Of a stretch of DNA of 64,000 nt, positions 9,597 to 18,714 are shown piece after piece. The DNA lies in NCBI GenBank assembly GCA_038204425.1, contig JBBRCZ010000003.1:128001-192000 (forward strand), in the 5' to 3' direction. How positions within the stretch are numbered: the stretch's first letter is position 1; every line of letters begins with the position of its first letter. Made by a program: the position numbers and the translations under genes. The notes below the pieces were generated by a model, which saw only the letters and a list, made by a program, of their open reading frames with translations, did no database searches and was not told where the DNA came from. The stretch is from Spirochaetia bacterium (lineage in GTDB: Bacteria; Spirochaetota; Spirochaetia; DSM-27196; Salinispiraceae).

Positions 9597-11681
9597 ATGC
9601 ACAAACTTTCTATTAAGATTGGCGAAAGCGAACTAAGCTTCGAAACAGGGCGCATGGCCAAACAGGCAAATGGTTCGATATTTGCTCAGTACGGTGGCAC
9701 TTCGGTGCTGGCTACAGTATGTTGTGGTACAAAAACCGTTGACAACCTCGACTACGTACCACTTTCGGTTGAGTACAACGAGAAATACTACGCTGCCGGA
9801 AAAATTCCAGGCGGCTTCTTAAAACGAGAAGCTCGACCTAAGGACAAGGAAATCTTGGTTTGCCGTTTGATTGACCGACCTATGCGTCCGCTTTTTGAAA
9901 AAGACTTCAAGAGAGAACTGCAGATCGTACCAACGGTAGTTTCAACTGACCAGATTAATCCATCAGACGTAATAGGGATTGTGGCATCTAGCGCTGCTGT
10001 TCATATTTCGGATATTCCTTTTCATGGTCCGGTTGGTGCCGTTCGTATTTGCCAGGTTGATGGCAAATTAGTCATCAACCCAACATTTCAGCAGATCGCC
10101 AAGAGCAAGTTGGAAATTATTGTTGCCGGCACAGAACAAGGTATTACCATGGTAGAAGGTGGTGCCAAGCAAGTTAGTGAAGAACTTTTGCTTGAGGCCA
10201 TTGAGCTGGCTCGCAAGCCTATAATCGAACTTTGCAAGATTCAACATGAACTGAGAAAGTTGGCCGGTAAGGAGAAACTTCCTTTGGTTCCCAACACCAG
10301 AAAACTCTCATCCTATGATGAGATTTGGGCCTTTGCTCTTCCAAAGTTTGACAAGGCTTGTTTTGTTAAGGGCAAGCACGAACGAAGAACGGCTATTGAT
10401 GAGGTTAAGGCTTCTGTCAAAGAAACGTTTAGCGCCAAAATTGCAGAAGACGAACTAGATCTTTTGCCAGCCATCTATGAAGAACTAGAAACCCATGTTC
10501 TCAGACATTCAATAGTAGACAAAAAAATCCGTGTTGATGGTCGCGGACCTGAAGATATTCGTAAGGTTACCGTTGAAGTTGGCGTTTTGCCGCGCGTTCA
10601 CGGATCTGCGCTTTTTACTCGTGGCGAGACTCAAGCCTTGGCGGTAAGCACGCTCGGAACCGTTTTTGATGAGCAGATTATGGATGATATTGACGGCGAT
10701 AAGCGCGAAAATTTTATGCTTCACTACAATTTTCCACCCTACAGTGTTGGCGAGACAGGCCGATTGGGAACTGGACGTAGAGAAATTGGCCATGGTCATT
10801 TGGCGCATAGGGCTCTTAAAGCAGTTGTTCCAGAGAAGAGTGATTTTCCTTACACTATCAGAGTAGTTTCTGAAGTTCTGGAGTCCAACGGTTCATCATC
10901 GATGGCGTCAGTTTGCAGTGGAAGTTTGTCACTGCTTCAATCTGGAGTTCCGTTACTCAAGCCAGTTGCTGGTATAGCAATGGGTTTGGTCCAAGAAGGT
11001 GATAAAACTGTGGTTATCAGTGATATTTTAGGTGAAGAAGATCATTTGGGCGACATGGACTTTAAAGTGGCCGGAACCGAAGATGGCATTACGGCTTTTC
11101 AGATGGATATCAAACTTCAAAACGTTAGCGCAGAGGTTATGACTCAAGCCTTGCAACAAGCCAAACGCGGCCGTTTACACATCCTTGGCATCATGAATCA
11201 AGTGCTTGCAAAGCCAAACCAAGAAATATCTGAGTACGCCCCACGCATACTTACCTTTAAGGTTGATGTAGAAAAAATTGGCTTGATGATTGGCCCAGGT
11301 GGTAAAACCATCAAGGGTATCAGCGAACGCTACGGCGTGGAAACCAATATTGAGAATGATGGTAGTGTAACCGTCTACGGAAAAGAAAAAAGTGGCGCAG
11401 AAGGCGCCAAAGAAGCCTTTATACGATTGCTTGAAGAACCTCAAGTTGGAAAAGTTTATGAAGGAACTGTTAAACGTATCATGGATTTTGGCGCCTTTGT
11501 TGAGTTTTTGCCCAGCAAAGAAGGACTCTGTCATATCAGCAAAATGTCTGCACGTCGCATCAACAAAGTTGAGGAAGTCTTGACCCTCAACCAGGTAGTG
11601 CAAGTACGCATCATTGAAATTGACAAAATGGGCCGCGTTAACCTTAGCCTGATATTTGAGAACAACGAAATAACCCAGTAA
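9597..11681 (+). CDS. pnp: Polyribonucleotide nucleotidyltransferase (PNPase)
   Basis: Two RNase PH domains (AAGKIPGGFLKRE, RREIGHG, ESNGSSSMAS, DHLGDMDFKVAG), KH and S1. Confidence 0.98.
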   Translation: MHKLSIKIGESELSFETGRMAKQANGSIFAQYGGTSVLATVCCGTKTVDNLDYVPLSVEYNEKYYAAGKIPGGFLKREARPKDKEILVCRLIDRPMRPLFEKDFKRELQIVPTVVSTDQINPSDVIGIVASSAAVHISDIPFHGPVGAVRICQVDGKLVINPTFQQIAKSKLEIIVAGTEQGITMVEGGAKQVSEELLLEAIELARKPIIELCKIQHELRKLAGKEKLPLVPNTRKLSSYDEIWAFALPKFDKACFVKGKHERRTAIDEVKASVKETFSAKIAEDELDLLPAIYEELETHVLRHSIVDKKIRVDGRGPEDIRKVTVEVGVLPRVHGSALFTRGETQALAVSTLGTVFDEQIMDDIDGDKRENFMLHYNFPPYSVGETGRLGTGRREIGHGHLAHRALKAVVPEKSDFPYTIRVVSEVLESNGSSSMASVCSGSLSLLQSGVPLLKPVAGIAMGLVQEGDKTVVISDILGEEDHLGDMDFKVAGTEDGITAFQMDIKLQNVSAEVMTQALQQAKRGRLHILGIMNQVLAKPNQEISEYAPRILTFKVDVEKIGLMIGPGGKTIKGISERYGVETNIENDGSVTVYGKEKSGAEGAKEAFIRLLEEPQVGKVYEGTVKRIMDFGAFVEFLPSKEGLCHISKMSARRINKVEEVLTLNQVVQVRIIEIDKMGRVNLSLIFENNEITQ

Positions 11682-12154
11682 TGGAAGAGGCCACCTATCC
11701 TGGCATCAAAGAAAGAAGCGTAGAGCTTGAGTGGGTGCGATTGCACCCACTTGCTTCTGTACCCACTTATCAAAGCGCTGGTGCGGCCGGTGCTGATGTT
11801 TGTGCGTGTGTAAGTCAAGCTCTTGTTATCGAGCCGCAGTCGACTGTGCTGGTTCCCTGCGGCTTTGCTGTTGCTGTGCCAGAAGGTTTTGAGCTTCAAA
11901 TACGCCCGCGATCTGGTTTGGCACTAAAGAACGGCATCCATGTCAGCAATTCTCCTGGTACCATTGATAGCGACTACCGTGGTGAAATTAAAGTTATTCT
12001 CTTCAATAGTTCTTCAAAGTCTTTTACAATTGAACCCGGCATGCGCATTGCACAAGCTGTTTTGTCTCCCGTTTACCGTGCTATATTTGTTGATAAGTAT
12101 GTGCTTTCGGTAACTGAACGAGGAAGGGGTGGCTTCGGCAGCACTGGTCTATGA
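11681..12154 (+). CDS. dut: dUTP diphosphatase
   Basis: AGAD, PRSGLA, GTIDSDYRGE, RIAQ, RGRGGFGSTG. Confidence 0.97.
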   Translation: MEEATYPGIKERSVELEWVRLHPLASVPTYQSAGAAGADVCACVSQALVIEPQSTVLVPCGFAVAVPEGFELQIRPRSGLALKNGIHVSNSPGTIDSDYRGEIKVILFNSSSKSFTIEPGMRIAQAVLSPVYRAIFVDKYVLSVTERGRGGFGSTGL

Positions 12155-13461
12155 ACAAAAGTCTGATTGGCAGTTTAAAACATTCTATAGGTTCAACACT
12201 CTTTAGATATATTGCCAAGGAATACGTATTTTCTCTTATAGTGGCCTTTCTGTTCTTCTTCGCCATTTTTTTTATCAACCAACTACTGGTCATTGCCCAA
12301 CAAATTTTGTCAAAAAAAGTTGACCTTGGCAAGACCCTTTTACTCATAATCTATGCCATGCCAGCCATCATTGCCTTGGCCTTGCCATTTGCCTCCTTAG
12401 TCGCCTCCTTAATGACTATCGGGCGCTTCTCAAGCGACAATGAGACCGTAGCATTCCAAGCCTGCGGTATCAATCTGATGCAAGTTTTTATACCTATCCT
12501 ATTGGTTGCGCTGGCAGTCGCTGGATTTAGCTTTATTGCCAATGACTATTTTTTGCCACTTGGGACTCTAAACTATGTGAGGTTATACCAAGAACTTATA
12601 TATTCCAACTCCGAGCTCATTGTAGAACCTTATGGCATTACTCGCTTTAGCAATACAGGTATTGTCAGTAGTGACGTCTCGCAAGGAAAATTTGGACCAC
12701 TCTTGTTGATCGACAGCGACGAAGAGGGGAGAACCCGTGTCATCAGCTCCAAATCCGCCCAGTTACTAAAAAACGACACGCAACTGGGTGTTGTTTCACT
12801 TGACCTGAATGATGTTAGGATTCTATCGCTTTCTAAAAACAGAAGCGATTTTGATGAGAGTCAAGCCTCGGTAATTACTTACAATATTTTGCTCAAGAAT
12901 CTCACTTTTGATCTCAACAACCCCGGGCCGCGTGAAATGAGTTCTGCTGACTTGCTCACCAAAATTGGGGAACTGGAACTCAATCATCGCAAGTCCCTAA
13001 AAAAGAAGTCCTTGGACAAAGAGCTTGCTTTTCTTGAGCTAGAAGAAGACTATGGCCGAGCAGGGCAGAATCGAATTGATGCAGGTTCTGGCATTAATAT
13101 TTTTCTTAAACCATTCTTGGAAAGGCTTGGTGCTTTTTCAACTGCCTTTGACTTGTTGCCACGAGATCGTACGTTGCAACTGTATTGGATTGAATTCTGG
13201 AAGAAGTTCTCTATCCCATCGGCTTGCTTTACGCTTATTTTCTTTGGTTTCCCTGCTGGCATGTTTGCCCGTAGAAGTGGTAAATCTATTGGTTTTGGAA
13301 TTGGTTTTGTTATAGCGGTTGTTTTTTGGAGTATGTTGCTTGCTGGTCAGACGATTGGCATGGACAACATAAGTCTATCTCCATTTGTTTTGATGTGGGC
13401 GCCCAATCTTTTGTTCTTGGCTATTGGTGTTGTGCTGATGATTAAAAGGATAGTTAGATGA
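12151..13461 (+). CDS. lptF: LptF/LptG (YjgP/YjgQ)-family permease
   Basis: 3 TM + periplasmic domain + 3 TM; RFSSDNETVAFQACGI motif; paired with the next gene. Confidence 0.8.
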   Translation: MNKSLIGSLKHSIGSTLFRYIAKEYVFSLIVAFLFFFAIFFINQLLVIAQQILSKKVDLGKTLLLIIYAMPAIIALALPFASLVASLMTIGRFSSDNETVAFQACGINLMQVFIPILLVALAVAGFSFIANDYFLPLGTLNYVRLYQELIYSNSELIVEPYGITRFSNTGIVSSDVSQGKFGPLLLIDSDEEGRTRVISSKSAQLLKNDTQLGVVSLDLNDVRILSLSKNRSDFDESQASVITYNILLKNLTFDLNNPGPREMSSADLLTKIGELELNHRKSLKKKSLDKELAFLELEEDYGRAGQNRIDAGSGINIFLKPFLERLGAFSTAFDLLPRDRTLQLYWIEFWKKFSIPSACFTLIFFGFPAGMFARRSGKSIGFGIGFVIAVVFWSMLLAGQTIGMDNISLSPFVLMWAPNLLFLAIGVVLMIKRIVR

Positions 13462-14540
13462 GTGTGCTCAATCGCTATTTGTTAAGATTGTTTTTTCCGC
13501 GCTTTATTTTTTCGGTATTGTTTTTTAGCATGATTATAGAACTGATGGACCTGTTTTTAAACCTGGCTCGCTACATGCAACTCAAGACAGACTTGTCGAC
13601 TATTCTTTACTTGGTGCTGCTGTATTTGCCTAAGTGTGTTTCGTTTAGTCTTCCGGTTAGTATGATTTTTGCCGTCTCATTCACGCTAGGCAGCTTATAC
13701 GCCAACAATGAACTAATCGCTATTTTTTCCTCCGGCATTTCTTTGATTAAACTTTGTGTTCCCATACTCATAGCGTCTTTGATCATCTCGATTGGTTCGT
13801 TCTTTTTTGAAGAGTATGTGGTAATTGACACGGTTAAGGCAAAAACAAACCTTACCAGAAGTCTCTTGGGTTTTAGTGATAGTGGAGGCAACCGTAACAT
13901 TATTCTCTACGACAACAATGGCAAAATTGTTTATCAGGTTGCTGTTTTTATGGAACAAGAAAGTAGCCTACGAGATGTACTTGTAGTGCAAAGAAATCAA
14001 GAGAGTTCCATAGAGTTGGTCATCAAAGCTTCAGAAGCTGAATGGCAAGAATCATTGTGGCTTTTTAAGAATGTTGATCTCTACTATCTTGACACTCAAA
14101 AAGTTGGCAGCGTTAGATATGAACAAAAAGCGGAGTTCAGTTCTGAGCAATTTACCTTGGAGCCGCGTTCTTTTAGACGAGTTACTACCAACGTTGATGA
14201 ACTCAGGATAGCTGACGCCCAACAGTTTCTAACTGATCTAGAACAAACTGGGCAGACCTACAAAAATGCATTGTTGGATTACTATGAACGGTTCTCATTT
14301 GCTTTGACTCCTTTTATTGTTGCATTTGTTTCTTCCGCTATTGGCAGTCGTTTTAGGAAGAACATCCTGCTAATGAGCCTGTTGATGTCATTGCTTTTGG
14401 CAGTTGTATATTATGTGCTGCAAATGGTAGCCGGATTGTTTGCGCGCACAAATCTTATTGACCCCGTTTTTGGAGCCTGGCTGGGGGCAATACTCTATGT
14501 TGCAGCCGGAATAGTGCTATTTAAAAAGGCAAGAACGTAA
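13458..14540 (+). CDS. lptG: LptF/LptG (YjgP/YjgQ)-family permease
   Basis: LNRYL start, NNELIAIFSSGISL motif, same topology as the previous gene. Confidence 0.8.
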   Translation: MSVLNRYLLRLFFPRFIFSVLFFSMIIELMDLFLNLARYMQLKTDLSTILYLVLLYLPKCVSFSLPVSMIFAVSFTLGSLYANNELIAIFSSGISLIKLCVPILIASLIISIGSFFFEEYVVIDTVKAKTNLTRSLLGFSDSGGNRNIILYDNNGKIVYQVAVFMEQESSLRDVLVVQRNQESSIELVIKASEAEWQESLWLFKNVDLYYLDTQKVGSVRYEQKAEFSSEQFTLEPRSFRRVTTNVDELRIADAQQFLTDLEQTGQTYKNALLDYYERFSFALTPFIVAFVSSAIGSRFRKNILLMSLLMSLLLAVVYYVLQMVAGLFARTNLIDPVFGAWLGAILYVAAGIVLFKKART

Positions 14541-14542
14541 CT

Positions 14543-15667
14543 ATGACAATTTTCGAGAGCTCCGCTAACAGTAGCGAATGTTTGGCTAGAACCGGTCAAT
14601 TAAAACTTGCCCATGGATCAGTTGACACCCCGGCATTTATGCCTGTAGGTACATCAGCTACGGTCAAGGCAGTTGAGTTAGATGCGTTAGACAAAATGGG
14701 CTACTCGCTTATCTTGTCCAACACCTATCATCTAATGTTGCGCCCAGGCAAGGAAACCATAGAAATGCACGGTGGCCTACACAAATTTATGCAATGGTCC
14801 GGTAATATTTTGACAGACTCAGGCGGATTTCAAGTTTTTTCTTTGGCGCCGTTTAGAAAAGTTAAAAAAGAAGGCGTCAAGTTTCAAAGCCACATTGATG
14901 GGTCTATGCATTTTCTTAGTCCCGAGCGTGCCGTAGAACTGCAGTGTTCTTTCAATTCTGATATTCAGATGGTTCTTGATGTGTGCACAGCCAAGGGTGT
15001 GACAGAAAAAAAGGCTCTCGAGGCAGTTTATATCACTAGTGACTGGGCAAGAAGAGCACATCAGACCTGGCTTGGGAAGGTTTCCCAAGGGTACCAAGGA
15101 GCGTTGTTTGGCATCGTTCAAGGAAATTTTTTCAAAGAATTGAGACAAAGAAGTGCAGAAGAAATTTGCGCCTTAGATTTTCCTGGTTTTGCTATTGGAG
15201 GGCTTTCAGTTGGTGAAACCTTTGAAGAGTTTTCTGATTTTTTGTCGTTTACTAGTCCACTATTGCCGGCCTCAAAACCGCGATATCTAATGGGCATAGG
15301 TACTCCGGAATATATACTGCAAGCAGTTGAGTACGGCATTGATATGTTCGACTGTGTTTTCCCCACCAGGATTGCAAGAAACGGTACGCTTTTTACAAAA
15401 AATGGTAGGCTGGTAATCAAAAATGAGCGCTACAAGAATGACTTGAGACCAGTGGAAGAGCAAGGCCCTCTTAGCAGATACTCCCGTTCGTATCTAAGGC
15501 ATTTGTTTAAGTCGCAAGAAATTTTGGGGCCCATCTTGGCTAGTCAGCACAATCTCTATTTTCTTAAGAACATGATGACTGAAATCAGACAAGCTATTGT
15601 GACTGACCGCTTTAAAAACTACAAAAAGAATTTCCTAAGCGCGTATCAAGAGGGGATAGCACCATGA
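14543..15667 (+). CDS. tgt: tRNA-guanine(34) transglycosylase
   Basis: TPAFMPVGT, SNTYHL, TDSGGFQ, GGLSVGE, YLMGIG, DMFDCVFPTR; zinc CxCxxC absent. Confidence 0.96.
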   Translation: MTIFESSANSSECLARTGQLKLAHGSVDTPAFMPVGTSATVKAVELDALDKMGYSLILSNTYHLMLRPGKETIEMHGGLHKFMQWSGNILTDSGGFQVFSLAPFRKVKKEGVKFQSHIDGSMHFLSPERAVELQCSFNSDIQMVLDVCTAKGVTEKKALEAVYITSDWARRAHQTWLGKVSQGYQGALFGIVQGNFFKELRQRSAEEICALDFPGFAIGGLSVGETFEEFSDFLSFTSPLLPASKPRYLMGIGTPEYILQAVEYGIDMFDCVFPTRIARNGTLFTKNGRLVIKNERYKNDLRPVEEQGPLSRYSRSYLRHLFKSQEILGPILASQHNLYFLKNMMTEIRQAIVTDRFKNYKKNFLSAYQEGIAP

Positions 15668-17274
15668 GTGATTTGTTGCCAGCACTTGCTCAGCCACCCG
15701 AACAAGAAAGCAAGAAGCTTAGAATTAGCGCGCTAATAGTTATGGCTGGCACCGCTATGAGCAGAGTTCTTGGCTTTGTAAGAAACGCGGTCGTCAGCTA
15801 CTATTTTGGTGGGGCAGGTAAAGTTGACGTACTAAATGCCGTTTTTACCATACCAAATAATCTTCGTAAGCTAGTTGCTGAAGGCGCGCTGTCGTCGGCA
15901 TTTATACCGGTGCTTTCTTCCAGTATTGTTGACAACAAGAGCACGTTACGAAGTAAGGCTCTAGTAGAAACTCTTTTGACTTTTCAGTTTGTGCTCTTGG
16001 TACCGTTTCTGGTTCTTTCTGTCATTTTTTCGCAGCAAATAGTACAATCGATTCTTGGCTTCAGTGAAGCGTCTCAAAAAGAACTTGCTGGTCAGCTTTT
16101 TGCCTACATGATCAATTATGTACTTTTGGTAAGCATTAGCGCCATCCTGATGGCAGTTCTAAATAGTCACAATAATTTTGGTGTATCAGCCTTGGCACCG
16201 CTCATGTTTTCCATAAGCGTAGTTGTCTGTTTGGTGCTTTTTGCTGAAAAACTTTCCGTCTACGCACAGGTAATTGGTGTTTTATTTGGCGGTATTTTAC
16301 AGTTGGCGGTCCAGATCCCATCTGTGCTAAAACTTGGCTACCGGCTACGACTAAACTTTTCTTTCTTTAAGAACGACGACTTTAAAGCCGTCCTGCGACT
16401 TTGGGGGCCAGTTTTAATAACCTCGGCTGTGTTTTCTATCAATGAGATGATAGCCATATATTTTGCGTCCGCCTTGAGCCCCGGGAGTACTACTGCTATG
16501 CAAAATGCACTGGTATTCTGGCAGCTTCCCTTTGGCATCTTCTCGGCCAGCATAAGCACTATCCTCTTTCCCCGCATGTCCAGGCAGATCGCCAACGACG
16601 ATACCAGGGAACTAAAAAAGACGGTTGACTATGGTGTCTCTATGTTGATCTATCTCTTGGTTCCTTCCACGGTGGCGTTAATGGCTTGGGGAGAGGGTCT
16701 AATTAGTGTAGCTCTACAGCGCGGGGCCTTTACTTATGTTCATAGTCAAATGGCTGCAGATGTGCTCTTTGCCTATGCAAGTGGTTTGTTGTTTAGTGGT
16801 TTAGTAGGTTTCTTTCAGCGTTTTTTTTACGCCAACAAGAGTAACAAAGCTCCTCTTATAGCAGCCATTTTGATCCTTGCCAGTGATGTGATCGCAAGTA
16901 TAATCTTTATACAACTTGGCTTCGGTGTAAAGGGACTGGCCTATGCCAACACCATTGCGGGATTCTTGGGACTTATTGTTTTGTTTTTTTATGTCAGAAG
17001 GCGCTTGAATGGTATAAATATCCGCTCTCTACTAAAAAGTTTGTTATTAGCAGGGCTTTCATGTGTTCCTATGGTAGTAATAGCTTTATTTGCAAAGGAT
17101 TGGCTAGATACTATTTGGCGGCAGGGAAGCACTTGGCATGGCCTGTGGATTTTGGCAGCACTACTCTTAGCAAGTATGGTAAGCGTACTAGCTTTGTACC
17201 TTGTCACGGGAGTAAAAGTTGTCGATCTTTTGAGAAGAAGAGGCAAAAAAAATGAAGAACAAATCAAGAACTAG
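15664..17274 (+). CDS. murJ: Lipid II flippase MurJ (MviN)
   Basis: SRVLGFVR, IPNNLRKLVAEGALSSAFIP, QRGAF; polytopic membrane protein. Confidence 0.95.
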   Translation: MSDLLPALAQPPEQESKKLRISALIVMAGTAMSRVLGFVRNAVVSYYFGGAGKVDVLNAVFTIPNNLRKLVAEGALSSAFIPVLSSSIVDNKSTLRSKALVETLLTFQFVLLVPFLVLSVIFSQQIVQSILGFSEASQKELAGQLFAYMINYVLLVSISAILMAVLNSHNNFGVSALAPLMFSISVVVCLVLFAEKLSVYAQVIGVLFGGILQLAVQIPSVLKLGYRLRLNFSFFKNDDFKAVLRLWGPVLITSAVFSINEMIAIYFASALSPGSTTAMQNALVFWQLPFGIFSASISTILFPRMSRQIANDDTRELKKTVDYGVSMLIYLLVPSTVALMAWGEGLISVALQRGAFTYVHSQMAADVLFAYASGLLFSGLVGFFQRFFYANKSNKAPLIAAILILASDVIASIIFIQLGFGVKGLAYANTIAGFLGLIVLFFYVRRRLNGINIRSLLKSLLLAGLSCVPMVVIALFAKDWLDTIWRQGSTWHGLWILAALLLASMVSVLALYLVTGVKVVDLLRRRGKKNEEQIKN

Positions 17275-18664
17275 TCAGCTCTTGTCTGATATTCCCGCGA
17301 AATTGGTTTTGATTTTAATCACTCTTTTTCCGTTTACAAGTTTGGTTGCTCAAGATGTCGTCAAGTTGGATGAAGACAGTACTACCACAACGCTGGCCCC
17401 AAATGTGGAAGAGCTTAATCTTGGAGAAGCACGGCGGATTCTAAAATTTGGTACTAATGCTGCGGTACTATCAGTTGTGCAGCAGGCTATTGGCAACAAA
17501 GACGAGAGAGTCCGCGACGATATTCTATCCCTTTTTGACGCGATCGATGACAACGTTCGCGTAAAGGTGCTCGAGTATGGCCGAGTACTAAATATTTTTG
17601 ATTTGAGAAAAAGAGCTATTATGGTCCTGGAGAACTACAATGACAATAGCCCGGCCCTCAATCGAGAGATTTGTAGCTTTTTGCTGGCCAGCAAAGTAAA
17701 AGCAGACCAAAATTTGATTGATGTGCTTTTGGAAATTTGTCAGTCAAGTCGACCCGAGTTGCAGGCTGCGGCAATTTCTGCTCTGGCTGAGCTTGCTCCA
17801 CCTGCGACCGTAACTGATCTTATCAAACTATTTAAGCAGTCCAATATAAGTACCAACATCAGGGTAGAGATTCTAAAGGCACTTGGTATTCTTACAACGG
17901 AGGATGGTACCGTATTTTTGCGCACCATTGCGTCAGACAGCTCGGAAGAAAAGTCCCTGCAAAATCAAGCTCTTAGCTCACTTGGAAAGATTGGCGACCA
18001 AAGTAGTCTTGAGATTATCAAGGCAGCATTCACCAGCCCTGACGCGTTTCGTAGGGCCAGTGCAATTTCTGCCTTAACTGGGTATGACTTTGATAAAGTA
18101 GAAATTTTTTGGAGACAAGCATTAAGAGACGGCTATTGGCGAAATCGTAGCAATGTCTTGACGGCACTTGCAGATAAAAAAATAGAATCCTTTCTCGATG
18201 CCTATATTTTTATGTCTGAAAAAGATCTTGAACAGCCAGTCAGGATAGAAGCTTTTAAGGCTATCGCAGCATTTGGAAATGCCAAGGCTTGGGATTATTT
18301 GCTCAAAATCCTAGAAAATAAGCAAGCGCCCACCAATAGTAGAATCGTGGTTGTGGAACTTTTGGTAAGCCAGAATTTCGCCGCATCGGTACCCGCACTT
18401 ATGAGAATTTTAAATCAGGAATGGAGCAACGAAAAGTCTGCGTTGGTTCAGGCTATTGCCAGTCGTGCGAGCCAAAAGAAGGATTCTGCGGGCGGTCCAA
18501 TTTTTGAAAAAATGCTGAGTCATCCAAATATCGGTATTCGAGTAGCTGCGATTAGGGCTATCCAAGCCGCTGGTCTTGGCGTCTATCGTCAGCAACTTGA
18601 GAGTATGATCCCCAGTGGTGGTTCTATTAAGAGTGCCGTTGAGGATGCGCTCAAAACACTATAA
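17252..18664 (+). CDS. Exported HEAT-repeat protein
   Basis: N-terminal hydrophobic signal; repeated R..A..AL..L HEAT units. Confidence 0.8.
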   Translation: MKNKSRTSQLLSDIPAKLVLILITLFPFTSLVAQDVVKLDEDSTTTTLAPNVEELNLGEARRILKFGTNAAVLSVVQQAIGNKDERVRDDILSLFDAIDDNVRVKVLEYGRVLNIFDLRKRAIMVLENYNDNSPALNREICSFLLASKVKADQNLIDVLLEICQSSRPELQAAAISALAELAPPATVTDLIKLFKQSNISTNIRVEILKALGILTTEDGTVFLRTIASDSSEEKSLQNQALSSLGKIGDQSSLEIIKAAFTSPDAFRRASAISALTGYDFDKVEIFWRQALRDGYWRNRSNVLTALADKKIESFLDAYIFMSEKDLEQPVRIEAFKAIAAFGNAKAWDYLLKILENKQAPTNSRIVVVELLVSQNFAASVPALMRILNQEWSNEKSALVQAIASRASQKKDSAGGPIFEKMLSHPNIGIRVAAIRAIQAAGLGVYRQQLESMIPSGGSIKSAVEDALKTL

Positions 18665-18691
18665 AAAAACTGCCCGATTGCTCGGGCAGTT
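18663..18691 (-). terminator. Intrinsic terminator between the converging HEAT gene and greA (U-tract on minus strand)
   Basis: AACTGCCCGA-TTGC-TCGGGCAGTT perfect stem preceded by A7. Confidence 0.85.
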
Positions 18692-18714
18692 GCAATTGAT
18701 TGCTTTACAGAATC

